Shown: positions 8,197 through 17,976 of the stretch, piece after piece
Position numbering within the stretch: position 1 is the first letter of the stretch
Layout: every line of letters starts with the position of its first letter
Program-made: the position numbers and the translations under genes
DNA from: an uncultured Clostridia bacterium
GTDB taxonomy: Bacteria; Bacillota; Clostridia; Saccharofermentanales; Saccharofermentanaceae
Length of the DNA stretch: 64,000 bases
Direction of reading: 5' to 3'
NCBI GenBank assembly: GCA_946407705.1
Contig: CAMJPC010000006.1
Span: 43,753 to 107,752 of the forward strand
The notes under the pieces: generated by a model
The model's database searches: none
The model's input: only the letters and a program-made list of their open reading frames with translations
What the model was told of the DNA's origin: nothing

Positions 8197-9753
8197 ATGC
8201 AGAATCCCGGGATCACAGATAAGAGCAAGCTTACAAAGTTTGAATTAGCTTTCCTGATAATTGCTGCGACAGTCACTATAACTGTCGTATCGACATCATC
8301 GCCTCTTTATCCGTTTAATCCCTGGGATGACGCGAATTGTTTCTTTACCGTAGGCAGAGGAATAAAACATGGTCTTGTTCCATACAGGGACCTTTATGAA
8401 CAGAAAGGTCCCCTGCTCTACTTTATCTATGCGTTTGCCGCTCTGATAAGTGAGACGTCCTTTATTGGCGGATGGATAGTGGAATGCATCATGGCTTCCC
8501 TGTTTGCCATATTCTCATGGAAAACGGTAAAGTTATTCGTAGAACCATGCAAATTTGCAATCACCCTAATGCCTGTCATTCTCGGGCTCACTTATACTAC
8601 CAGGCTGTTTAACTTCGGCGGAAATGCCGAAGAGCTCTGTTTTCCGCTCCTTACGATAGCTCTTTATTTCGGATTCAAAGCCATATCTAATGGTGACGGC
8701 CTTCCCACAAACATTGAAGCTGTCCTTTGCGGAGTCTTTACGGCAGCATTGTTCTGGATCAAGTATACGTTCATAGGATTCATGGCCGGCTTCTGCCTTT
8801 ATATTCTTGTCCTTACAATTAAGCGTATGGACTTTAAAAAGCTCTGGTCGCTCGTATGGAGATTCATTTGCGGATTCCTGATGCTGACTGCACCCATCCT
8901 CATCTATTTCCTTTTGAACAAGTCACTTTACTATTTATGGGAAGCATATTTCTATAATAATATTTTCTTATATCATTCAGGACACGTATCTTCAGGTCTC
9001 TCTTCTATACCTGTAATCAAGAACATCTACATCCCGCTTTACTGCACCATCGGAATATCAACAAGATATCCGAAATTCGGAGTGATGCTTCTTCTTTCAC
9101 TCCTTTCCCTGTTATTCATCAACAAAGGAAAGCGCAAAAAGTCATGGTTTCTCTTTGCCGTTACGTTTGCCTTGACCATAGGCGTGGTATTTACGAGAAA
9201 CTCCTTTATCTATTATTACGTATACATCCTTGCATATAGTTTCGGTCTAATCCTGATACCTTTGACCAAGGGCATGAATAATCTCAAAAAGGTATTCAAA
9301 GAAAACCCCAAATTCATGCAGGGCCTTGTTTCAGGCTTTCTCTTGATCTGCTATGTAGTCGTTCTTCTCCTGAACAAAAACACTTATCTGTTCCTTCAGA
9401 AGAAGGATTACCTCGCACAGTTCAGATATGCAGATATAATCAACCAGACACCTAATGCAAAGATACTTACTTATGATGTCATGGATTCCGGTTTCTATAC
9501 TTCCGCAGGACTTCTTCCCCAAAACAGATTCTTCTGTTTCTTAAACATCGAATCCAACTATCCTGCCATCCTTGAAGAACAGAACAGACTGATCGCAGAG
9601 GGATATTTCGATTACATCATCACATCCTATTTCTGTGAAGCCGTCTGGGATAATTACGAGATGATACGTGAAGAGACCGACGATTATGTCGATTACACAG
9701 GTATAAAAGCCAAGGATTGTTACAGGCTGTATAAAAGGATTCAAACAACCTGA
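8197..9753 (+). CDS. Polytopic GT-C-fold (PMT-like) glycosyltransferase
   Basis: DDANCF...PYRDLYEQKGPLLY in the first loop, E(E)L and KYT motifs, about 11 TM helices and a C-terminal external domain. Confidence 0.65.
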   Translation: MQNPGITDKSKLTKFELAFLIIAATVTITVVSTSSPLYPFNPWDDANCFFTVGRGIKHGLVPYRDLYEQKGPLLYFIYAFAALISETSFIGGWIVECIMASLFAIFSWKTVKLFVEPCKFAITLMPVILGLTYTTRLFNFGGNAEELCFPLLTIALYFGFKAISNGDGLPTNIEAVLCGVFTAALFWIKYTFIGFMAGFCLYILVLTIKRMDFKKLWSLVWRFICGFLMLTAPILIYFLLNKSLYYLWEAYFYNNIFLYHSGHVSSGLSSIPVIKNIYIPLYCTIGISTRYPKFGVMLLLSLLSLLFINKGKRKKSWFLFAVTFALTIGVVFTRNSFIYYYVYILAYSFGLILIPLTKGMNNLKKVFKENPKFMQGLVSGFLLICYVVVLLLNKNTYLFLQKKDYLAQFRYADIINQTPNAKILTYDVMDSGFYTSAGLLPQNRFFCFLNIESNYPAILEEQNRLIAEGYFDYIITSYFCEAVWDNYEMIREETDDYVDYTGIKAKDCYRLYKRIQTT

Positions 9754-10967
9754 AAAATGTAGCACTTGAGATATTGGGTCTCAGGTACGCTCATAAGTAC
9801 GGGATGATCCGGTGCCTGCCCTCTTGCTTCGATCAATCTCAAGGAAACTGACGCATCCCTTGCAGCAGAAATCAGCATCTTCTTAAAAAGATCATCAGTC
9901 ATGAAATGTGAGCATGAGCAGGTCGTAAGATAACCGCCTCTGGGAAGAACTTTCATTGCCCTCAGATTGATCTCTTTATATCCCCTGCCTGCAGCCTCGA
10001 TTGTCTGTCTCGACTTGGTAAAAGCAGGCGGATCAAGGATTATATAATCAAAAGAGTGATCCTTGCGTTCAGCCATACCGGTAAGAAGATCAAATACATC
10101 AGCACAAACAAAATCCATTCTCCCGTCAAGACCATTCCGAACAGCATTTTCTTTTGCCATATCTACAGCCTGCTGAGATATATCGACACTTGTTACGTGA
10201 GAAGCACCTGCCAATGCGCAGTTCAATCCGAAAGAACCGGTATGTGTGAAGCAATCGAGTACTTTCCTGCCCGGTGCAAGTTTGGCCGCTGCTGACCTGT
10301 TATATTTCTGATCAAGAAAAAATCCAGTCTTCTGCCCTTCAGCAACATCAACGAGGTACTTTACACCATTCTCACATATCTCAGTAACTGCGGAATCAGG
10401 TATGTTGCCAAAACCTTCATACCATCCTTTTACTACAGGAAGACCTTCCTTTTCTCTTAATGAAAGATCATTCCTTTCATATATTCCTTTAATGTTTACG
10501 CCGTTCTCTTCAAGGCTTTCTTTAAGAGCACGGTAAATATCCTCTTTGATCAGCTCAACGCCTAAACACGCAGTCTGTACAGAAAGAAGATCCTCATACC
10601 TGTCCACAGTAAGTCCGGGGATAAAATCCGATTCACCGTGAACAAGTCTGCAACATCTGAAATCCTGTTCAGGCAGAATATCTTTACGGTAACGAACACT
10701 ATAGCTGATGCGTCTTTTCCAAAAGGCATAATCAAACTTATCGTTTGCATTGCGTGAGACTATTCGTATGCGGATCTTTGATCCCGAATTGTAGAATCCG
10801 GTTCCCTGCCAGCTGTTTCCCTCAAAGCAGTCTATCAAGCAGCCGTCTTCCGGATTACCATCCAAAGATAAGACTTCATCAGCGTAAACCCACGGATGTC
10901 CGTTCTTAAGGCTGAAAGCGGCTTTAGACGTAATTGATGCTCTAGGATAGACTCTTTCCTGCTTCAT
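9741..10967 (-). CDS. rlmI: 23S rRNA m5C1962-type methyltransferase (RlmI family)
   Basis: PUA-like GHPWVY, GQKTGFFLDQ, VLDCFTHTGSFG, ILDPPAF, YLK. Start taken at ATG 10967. Confidence 0.85.
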   Translation of the reverse strand: MKQERVYPRASITSKAAFSLKNGHPWVYADEVLSLDGNPEDGCLIDCFEGNSWQGTGFYNSGSKIRIRIVSRNANDKFDYAFWKRRISYSVRYRKDILPEQDFRCCRLVHGESDFIPGLTVDRYEDLLSVQTACLGVELIKEDIYRALKESLEENGVNIKGIYERNDLSLREKEGLPVVKGWYEGFGNIPDSAVTEICENGVKYLVDVAEGQKTGFFLDQKYNRSAAAKLAPGRKVLDCFTHTGSFGLNCALAGASHVTSVDISQQAVDMAKENAVRNGLDGRMDFVCADVFDLLTGMAERKDHSFDYIILDPPAFTKSRQTIEAAGRGYKEINLRAMKVLPRGGYLTTCSCSHFMTDDLFKKMLISAARDASVSLRLIEARGQAPDHPVLMSVPETQYLKCYIFQVV

Positions 10968-10969
10968 TA

Positions 10970-11458
10970 TTATGCCCACGGATCCATAGTTTTAGGTATT
11001 CTTATGTCAGAAAGGATCATCTCTTCCTCGATGAACCATTCACCGGTCGATGGCTTAAGTCTCATCCTTATCATTCTGGGAGAATCGGCTCCTGAAGATC
11101 TCATGAATACTCTTATTCTTCCGTTATCCTCGGATGCAGCATCCTTTTCGGGAATAACCGTATAAGGCATGGACGGTGTATAGTCATTATCAGGCGAAGT
11201 ACCCGCAAAATAAGATCTGATGACATAATCCTTACCGTCGCTCAATCTGTCCTTGATAAATTGCTTCTCATAAACTGAAACACCGCCGGGCCCCTTAAGA
11301 AACTCAAGCATGGATATCGCAAGATCAGGGTTATCCTTGTAGTTCATCATTGCAGCCACGAAAAGAGCAGCACCGTACTCAGGTTCTTTAAGACTTGCCT
11401 CGGGCATTGTCTTTAGTTCATCCAAGCTCGAAGGAATCCTGTCAAAGCTGATAATCAT
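10970..11458 (-). CDS. Conserved hypothetical protein (DUF6935-like)
   Basis: GGAGGA RBS; RSYFAGTSPDNDY and SSGADSPR motifs. Family name recalled from memory, unverified. Confidence 0.65.
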   Translation of the reverse strand: MIISFDRIPSSLDELKTMPEASLKEPEYGAALFVAAMMNYKDNPDLAISMLEFLKGPGGVSVYEKQFIKDRLSDGKDYVIRSYFAGTSPDNDYTPSMPYTVIPEKDAASEDNGRIRVFMRSSGADSPRMIRMRLKPSTGEWFIEEEMILSDIRIPKTMDPWA

Positions 11459-11548
11459 CTGTTTATCCTCCCGGAACACATTTATGAAATTATAGCACAG
11501 TGACTGAAGCCAAAATACAAACTGTCACCGGGAGTAAAAAAACAGCGA

Positions 11549-14500
11549 TTATTCCCCGAATTTAAGCTGACTTCCCTTAGCAGTCTTAATAACCTTAATC
11601 TGCTGAGATTCAGGAATGCTTTCGATCAGTTCTTCTCTATGGCTGATTACACCGACAAGTTTATTTGCACCCGTCAGGTTCTCAAGAGTCTCGATAGTAC
11701 TATCCATAGACTTCTTATCGAGCGTTCCAAAGCCCTCGTCTACAAACAATGCATCCATCTGAACGCCACCTTTGCTCGACGAGACAGTATCAGAAAGTCC
11801 GAGAGCAAGGCTGAGAGAAGCTTTAAAGCTCTCACCACCGGAAAGGTTACCTACAGGCTTCTTATGGCCTGTGTGATAATCCATAACCTCAAGATCAAGG
11901 AAGTTACTGCTTCTCTTTCCAAGTGAATCCTTGCGGCGAAGTTCAAACTGACCATCACTCATAGGGAGGAGACGCCTGTTAGCAGCAGCAATTATCCCGT
12001 CAAAACCAGCAGCCTGAATATACTGCTCAAGAGTAATCTTTCCATTGCCGGAAGTGCCACGTGCCAAATCATAAAGTCTCTTGCACAGGTTGTACTCCTT
12101 AAGAGATTTTTCAAAACCGGATTTCTGATTGGCTATGTTTGTTCTCTTTTCTTTGTTGATCGAGATTCGGTTATTAATCTTATTACTTAACACACGTATT
12201 TCGTTAACAGCCTTATCCTGTTCGGCACAAAGAGTTTTCAAAGCCTCAAGATCAATAATCTTTCTGTCCTTAGCATCCTCTTTAGCCTGCTGCAACTGAG
12301 TCTTAACAGTAGCCGCTTCCTGTTTATAGTCATTGATCTTCTTTTCAGTTTCAGAGAGTTCTTCTTCAGAGACGACAAATGACTTCATTTCTTCAACCGT
12401 ATCAAACTTCAGCTCGGCAAGTTTCTTTTCGAATGCAGCCTTATATTGATCATCATCAATCTTCTGAGAACTAAGAGTGTCATTCAAAGTCTTAAGTGAA
12501 GCCTCTACAGAAGCATATTCTTTTTCCGCGTTAGTTTTGGCCAGAGCTGCTTCTTCAAGAGTTTTATTGATCTCTGTAATATTCTTATCAATCTTCTTTT
12601 TCTCTTCAGATGCCTTAGCCCAGTTCTCATAGCTGAGTGTGGCAAGAGTATTCAGAACAGCTGATGTTTCAGCCATTGCAGTCTCAGTAGAGTTCTTGCT
12701 TTCAGAAAGCTTCTGCTTTCTGTTATCAAGTTCTCGTTTCTTATCTCCTGAAGCAAGCTCAAGTTCTTTGCGTGCTTTATCATACAGCTCGCATTTTTTT
12801 GCCAGTTCAATTTCAAGAGCCATAATGTTCTTGAGTTTCTCATCAAGACCTTTATCGGCTTCACCAAGCATGATCAAGAGTTCTTCAAGATTCTTGCCTG
12901 CGGAATCCTTCTCAAAGGGACTTCCTGTCAAAACATCAAGAATACTGCCTCTCATCTGCTCCTCATATTCTTCAAGAAGCGTTTTTGCTTTTTCTGCAGC
13001 AAGATTTGCAGATGCTTTCTTTTCCTGAGCAACAGACTCTTTTTCTTTGAATTCTTCTAACTGCTCTTCAGAAATGTCAGTATCAGAAATCACCGCAAGA
13101 TTGGGGTGATGGGTAGAACCGCAGACAGGACATGCCTGGCCTTCCTGCAGATCCTTTGCAAGAATACCCGCTTTATTGCCTTCAAATATCTTCTCAGCCT
13201 GGATACGTTCGGCATTCATCTGCTCATAATCATCAAAAGCTTTCTTAAAGACTTCCTGCTTATTCATAAGAGCTTTCTGACGCTTGCTTCTTTCTTTAAC
13301 GCCGGAATTAAGAATACCCTTTATATCTTCAGATGAACTCTTCAGTTCTTTTCCTTCAGCCCTGACTTTTTCAAGTTCAACGGGCTTATTACCATTGTCC
13401 GCAACAATCTTCTGAAGCTCAGTAATTCTGGCATTAAGCTCTTTCTCTTCAACAGTGATCTCAGCTTCAGTCTCTTTATCTTTTTTTGCAGTTTCCTCAA
13501 GTTTCTTCAAAGAGAGAATAAGTTCATCTCTCTGCTTATACTTGGATTCCTCCTCACCGATCTTATCAGAGAGTTTCTTTAATCTTTCAAGTTCAGGCCG
13601 TTGCTTTTCAGCTTCAGCAAGACTAAGTTTGGATTCTTCAGTCTTCTTTTCTGCTTTACCCTTTTCTTCCAGCTTCTTGCTTATCTGCTTTTCAGTAGAG
13701 GCTACTTCTTCATTCTTCTTTTTCCACGTTACATAAGTTGGATTAACTTCACGGGAAGCCGACTTCTGACGATTCAGAAGCGTTTCTGCATCAAGCATTT
13801 CGGTCTTGCGTTCCAAAAGCTTCTCCTGTTCTTTCTGAAGCTTTTCAACTCTCTCAATAAAGCCGTTATTTGTAGCTGCTGTAGCAAGACTATCATTATT
13901 CTTTTTAAGCGTTTCCTCAGCCTTCTTCAATTCGGCTTCTACATCGGTTTGCCTTGCCATATCTGACTCTACAATCGTGTCAATTGCAGCGATCATCTCG
14001 TCGATATTCCATGCACTTTCGGTGATCCTCGCTTTATTCTGAAGATCAGTAAGCACTTCAATATTCTCATCTTGAGGATCAGCAGTTACATCCAGAAAAT
14101 ACTGTACGATACTCTTCCTTACATCACCCGCTTCAGTCTCATTCTTCTTCATACGGAGCATAAGTCTGCTCTCCATATCCTTATATCCGCTGGTGTTAAA
14201 GATTGTACGCAGTATCTGTGTTCTGCGTTCAGTATTCGCATTGATCAAATCCCAGAATTCACCCTGAGCGATCATGGCGATCTGTTTAAACTGCTTATCA
14301 TCGATCTTAAGCAATTCTTTGATCTTAGTGTTTACATTGGTTATCTTTTCTTCCGGCGCCTTACCTTCCTCATAAAGGATCGCTTTCTCTTTCTCCTTTA
14401 TAAGTCCTTCGCCGCGCTGCTTTTCACGCTCATAGGCAGGCTCTCTGTAAACATGATAATTACGTCCCTGATGGGAGAAATAGAAATCAACATAACTCTT

Positions 14501-14728
14501 CTGACTGGGATCAGCATATTCACTTCTTAAGTGTTCCTTATCTCTGTATGTGCCGCTGGTCTCACCGTATAAAGCAAAGCATATTGCATCGAAGATCATT
14601 GTCTTACCAGCACCGGTGTCACCGGTTATAAGGAAAAGACCCTGTTCCTTGAACTTCTCAAAATTGATCTCCGGCATTAATCCGGCATATGGTCCAAACG
14701 AGCTAATTATCAACTTAATCGGCTTCAT
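11549..14728 (-). CDS. sbcC: SbcC/Rad50 ATPase
   Basis: Walker A GDTGAGKT, Zn-hook CPVCGS, LSGGE signature, FVDEGFG Walker B, long coiled coils. Confidence 0.95.
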   Translation of the reverse strand: MKPIKLIISSFGPYAGLMPEINFEKFKEQGLFLITGDTGAGKTMIFDAICFALYGETSGTYRDKEHLRSEYADPSQKSYVDFYFSHQGRNYHVYREPAYEREKQRGEGLIKEKEKAILYEEGKAPEEKITNVNTKIKELLKIDDKQFKQIAMIAQGEFWDLINANTERRTQILRTIFNTSGYKDMESRLMLRMKKNETEAGDVRKSIVQYFLDVTADPQDENIEVLTDLQNKARITESAWNIDEMIAAIDTIVESDMARQTDVEAELKKAEETLKKNNDSLATAATNNGFIERVEKLQKEQEKLLERKTEMLDAETLLNRQKSASREVNPTYVTWKKKNEEVASTEKQISKKLEEKGKAEKKTEESKLSLAEAEKQRPELERLKKLSDKIGEEESKYKQRDELILSLKKLEETAKKDKETEAEITVEEKELNARITELQKIVADNGNKPVELEKVRAEGKELKSSSEDIKGILNSGVKERSKRQKALMNKQEVFKKAFDDYEQMNAERIQAEKIFEGNKAGILAKDLQEGQACPVCGSTHHPNLAVISDTDISEEQLEEFKEKESVAQEKKASANLAAEKAKTLLEEYEEQMRGSILDVLTGSPFEKDSAGKNLEELLIMLGEADKGLDEKLKNIMALEIELAKKCELYDKARKELELASGDKKRELDNRKQKLSESKNSTETAMAETSAVLNTLATLSYENWAKASEEKKKIDKNITEINKTLEEAALAKTNAEKEYASVEASLKTLNDTLSSQKIDDDQYKAAFEKKLAELKFDTVEEMKSFVVSEEELSETEKKINDYKQEAATVKTQLQQAKEDAKDRKIIDLEALKTLCAEQDKAVNEIRVLSNKINNRISINKEKRTNIANQKSGFEKSLKEYNLCKRLYDLARGTSGNGKITLEQYIQAAGFDGIIAAANRRLLPMSDGQFELRRKDSLGKRSSNFLDLEVMDYHTGHKKPVGNLSGGESFKASLSLALGLSDTVSSSKGGVQMDALFVDEGFGTLDKKSMDSTIETLENLTGANKLVGVISHREELIESIPESQQIKVIKTAKGSQLKFGE

Positions 14729-15872
14729 TTATAACACCTGCCTCTCTAGCGACCTCTCTCATCACAGCCATCTCCTCTTCACTGATATCCGTACCGTAAA
14801 CCTGCTTATAGAAATCGCTTATCAATTCACCAAACGTTCTGTTTTCAGCGATCTGGGAAATGTCGACCTGCTCGACTTCTCTCGTACGTGAGTTATCAAA
14901 ATCGACCTTTACCGTATTCGGATACGTCTGCTGGAAAATGCCTACAGCATCATTAATGATGTCCTCATCAGTCAGAGTCGCGTAGATGAAATCCTCAGGA
15001 GAACTGACATTTTCTTTACTAAGAAGTTCCTTCATTGTTCCTCTGATGTGTCTTACGTCACGAAGCGGTCTTAAGGGAACCAGTTCAATGTTTATGTCAT
15101 CTTTACCGTTAATAGTGATCAACGGCACAGACTTCTCGTCGTTCACATCCTTTAACGAATACTTCAACGGAGTGCCGGAATATCTGCAATTATCTCTTCC
15201 GACTCTCTGGGGAGAATGGATGTGACCCAATGCAACATAATCGAACTTATCAAAACAGTCATATCCGATCTTCTCAACAGTTCCTACATTCAATGTGCCA
15301 ATACTCTCAGAACCGCTTAACGAAGGATCCTCGCCCTTACCTGCGACGAACTGGTGAGAAATGATCACATTACACTTGTTCTCATCGATCCCGGCTTTAT
15401 CGATGATCACCTTTACAGCATCCTCATAGGATTCGATCTTTGAATCCGGGCAGTAATGCTTAACCTGAGACGCTTTTACAAAAGGAAGCATATAGATCTC
15501 AACTTCTGTATCACCAACTTTGAGCGTGTGATGATCAAGCTGTCCTTTATATATGGCGGAAATAAAGATACCCTGTTTCTCAAATGTCCAGCTGCCATAG
15601 TTAAGCCTGTCATCCGAGTCATGGTTACCGCTTATCATGTAAGTCTTAACGTTTCTTGAAGAAAGCTCGCTCAGAAACGAATCCAAGAGATTGACTGCGG
15701 CTTCACTAGGGATGGATTTATCATATATATCTCCTGCGATCATTACGGCATCAACCTTTTCTTTGTCGATAAGCTCAATGATCTGTTTCAGAATAAACTT
15801 CTGATCGTCGATCAGATCGAAATCCCCAAGACTCCTGCCCAGATGAAGGTCTCCCAGATGAATCAGCTTCAT
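14715..15872 (-). CDS. sbcD: SbcD/Mre11 nuclease
   Basis: DLHLG, AGDIYD, GNHD, SHQF and LGHIH metallophosphoesterase motifs; overlaps the sbcC start. Confidence 0.95.
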   Translation of the reverse strand: MKLIHLGDLHLGRSLGDFDLIDDQKFILKQIIELIDKEKVDAVMIAGDIYDKSIPSEAAVNLLDSFLSELSSRNVKTYMISGNHDSDDRLNYGSWTFEKQGIFISAIYKGQLDHHTLKVGDTEVEIYMLPFVKASQVKHYCPDSKIESYEDAVKVIIDKAGIDENKCNVIISHQFVAGKGEDPSLSGSESIGTLNVGTVEKIGYDCFDKFDYVALGHIHSPQRVGRDNCRYSGTPLKYSLKDVNDEKSVPLITINGKDDINIELVPLRPLRDVRHIRGTMKELLSKENVSSPEDFIYATLTDEDIINDAVGIFQQTYPNTVKVDFDNSRTREVEQVDISQIAENRTFGELISDFYKQVYGTDISEEEMAVMREVAREAGVINEAD

Positions 15873-16007
15873 ACAAAACTCCCTTAATATCGAATGCTAG
15901 GCTTTACCTTTGGATATAAACAATATCCCCTTTTACTTGAATTATACATCGTACAAAAAACAGTTAAGTGCTATTATTCGGACTCAAAAAGAATGAATAA
16001 TCTGCTT

Positions 16008-16042
16008 TCCCGGCAAGAAACACGGAGAAAAACTTGCCGGGA
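16008..16042 (-). terminator. Hairpin downstream of the two-gene HTH cassette
   Basis: TCCCGGCAAG/CTTGCCGGGA 10-bp stem. Confidence 0.55.
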
Positions 16043-16063
16043 TTCAGCAGAAAACTCATATGA

Positions 16064-16297
16064 TCAGGCACTCATCTTGTCTGATGCCACGAACGGGATC
16101 CTGGTAGCACTATATCTGTCAAACTCACTGAGGATCGACTTTACACGCTTTGCACCGAGGCCTACGACCGAGCAACACTCACTGACGGTCATTTTATTGG
16201 CACGGCAGTATACAACAACCGCTGCATCAATTATTCCGCGCGTTACTGCTGTCTCAGAAACAGCCTTCCAAAAAGCATCATTAAGCATCTCATTCAT
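16064..16297 (-). CDS. Small hypothetical protein, possible HTH
   Basis: GAGGAGGTGG RBS; MTVSECCSVVGLGAKRVKSIL resembles an HTH. Confidence 0.6.
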   Translation of the reverse strand: MNEMLNDAFWKAVSETAVTRGIIDAAVVVYCRANKMTVSECCSVVGLGAKRVKSILSEFDRYSATRIPFVASDKMSA

Positions 16298-16311
16298 TTA
16301 AAGCCACCTCC

Positions 16312-16662
16312 TCAGCAGTATTCAGCAAGCGATATATCAAATCTTTCAAGATAGTATTTCCTGATACACTCACAGAACTCTCTGATATACCTTCTGACAG
16401 TTCTGTTGTTGTAAAACTCGAGATTAGATATCCTGTCAATCGTGATATTACCCGTAAGATAACGCAGAGCTATCCTGGACTTCTCACTGCCGGTCTTCAT
16501 AGAAGCGCAGTTGAGCGCGTCATTCCAATGGTTAACGATAAGCATGTAATCAGATCTTGATTCAGCATAACCGTTGGCAGCCATAGATGAAGTCAGCATA
16601 TCAATGGCATCACGTTTGAACGCTATATCTTTTACGGTACAGTTAAAAATCCTCATTTTCAC
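16312..16662 (-). CDS. ArpU/RinA-like (sigma region-4-like) HTH protein
   Basis: C-terminal RIALRYLTGNITIDRISNLEFYNNRTVRRYIREF resembles the ArpU/RinA HTH. Start is GTG 16662 or ATG 16656. Confidence 0.55.
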   Translation of the reverse strand: MKMRIFNCTVKDIAFKRDAIDMLTSSMAANGYAESRSDYMLIVNHWNDALNCASMKTGSEKSRIALRYLTGNITIDRISNLEFYNNRTVRRYIREFCECIRKYYLERFDISLAEYC

Positions 16663-17008
16663 TTTCCTTTCTCATCCTGATCAGCAAAGACAGTTTCCGA
16701 AGACTGAAATAGAGGGTTTTAAGCACGCTCTTCGCAGTTAAGACTGCAAAAAGTGAGTATAAGACCCAAGGCATCATCTGCCCCCAATCGACTATATTCA
16801 GTTATTCGGAAGTCATACTGCGATCAGCAGCACGCGCCTCTCAATACCGGAGCTATCCTTGCCGAAGTAAACTGTAACTCTTCAAACTACCTAAAAAATG
16901 ATTTCCCAGAAACGTCAAATAAACTAAAAAACCTACTTAAATACAACCAGACGTTTCCCTTAACCGACAGTTACGTAATGATAAGCTCCTTTCTGAAGTT
17001 TTGAGTTC

Positions 17009-17036
17009 AATATACCACTATGAGTTATAAAATCAA
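17009..17036 (-). promoter_or_regulatory. Candidate sigma-A promoter for the 16064-16662 cassette
   Basis: TTGATT-16-TATATT with a TG extension on the minus strand. Confidence 0.45.
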
Positions 17037-17226
17037 TAGGAATTCGAAAATTTGTTCCTACAATCTGTAGTGATTATGCTAGACTATCTTTCAATCTACA
17101 TCAAGATATAGTGTTTACAGCACTTTCAAGAAATGAGGGTTTCAAAAGGCCTGTTGTATAGGCATTCTTCAAAGAAGAACGCTGAAAAGCCCCCGCAAAT
17201 ATGAGTTTTTTGTTTGGGTTTAGGAA

Positions 17227-17901
17227 CTAGATCCTATCGATCCGGTATCCTCTCCCTCTGACTGTCTGGATCAGTCCGCCCTTTCCTCCAAGCTGCAGCC
17301 TGAGCTTTTGGATCTGGATATCGACGACTCTGATATTGCCCTTATACTTTTCACCCCATACTTTTTTCAGGATGGTTTCTCTGCTGACAGCGTTGGGTTT
17401 GTTTTCGAGAAGCAACCGGAGAATATCCGTCGCTTTATCTGAAAGATAAACCACGTGTCCGTCAAGAGTTGTAAGTCCCGTCAGCTGATTCATTCTCAGA
17501 CCGCAACATTCGAGTGTGGGCATCTGATAATTGTCTTCACCCCTCAGATGTTCTAGTATCTTCTCCCAGATCTCTTCGGGTGATATCGGCTTGATCATGA
17601 ATTCGTATGTGCCAAGCGCATATGCAAATCTCACATCATCAAACTCGTTCATCGAGGTTATGTAGATGATCGGACAGGTGCTGTTCTCCATGATCCTTCT
17701 GCATAGATCTATGTCTGAATCACCTGAAAGATTCTGATCCACAAATATAAGATCATAGACACCTTTTTTGATCTTATCGAGTCCGTCGTTGCAATTGCCA
17801 GCCGTATCAAAAGTAATCAAATCGTTTCCAATTTCAGCAAAATAAGCTTTTACGTTCTCCTTAAAACCGAACGTATCTTCAATCAAAAGTATTCTTTTCA
17901 A
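17227..17901 (-). CDS. OmpR/PhoB-family response regulator
   Basis: Receiver ILLIED...FVD...ITS...KP; winged helix VSRETIL...RVVDIQIQKLR...TVRGRGY. TTG start. Confidence 0.88.
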   Translation of the reverse strand: MKRILLIEDTFGFKENVKAYFAEIGNDLITFDTAGNCNDGLDKIKKGVYDLIFVDQNLSGDSDIDLCRRIMENSTCPIIYITSMNEFDDVRFAYALGTYEFMIKPISPEEIWEKILEHLRGEDNYQMPTLECCGLRMNQLTGLTTLDGHVVYLSDKATDILRLLLENKPNAVSRETILKKVWGEKYKGNIRVVDIQIQKLRLQLGGKGGLIQTVRGRGYRIDRI

Positions 17902-17930
17902 AATAATCGGTCCTCTTTTATAAAAATATA

Positions 17931-17950
17931 GACCCGGGAAAACCCGGGTC
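17931..17950 (-). terminator. Terminator after glnA
   Basis: GACCCGGG/CCCGGGTC stem followed by an AT-run. Confidence 0.6.
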
Positions 17951-17976
17951 CTAATGATTTGGTTTGTTTAAAGGAC

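Noticed and set aside
3973-8200. Genomic island integrated at tRNA-Val or tRNA-Ala
   Set aside because: No integrase and no duplicated tRNA 3' end was found in the window.
16833-16841. AGAGGCGCG resembling the start of a lysine (L-box) riboswitch
   Set aside because: The downstream GAAAGG, GCCGAA and CUGUC elements are absent or out of order, and the downstream genes are unrelated to lysine.
16753-17004. 83-aa plus-strand ORF in the long intergenic region
   Set aside because: GTG start without an SD, no motif, and opposite to the local transcription direction.
15873-17226. Intact prophage around the ArpU-like genes (also near 45613)
   Set aside because: No integrase, replication, packaging or structural genes; the flanks are housekeeping genes.
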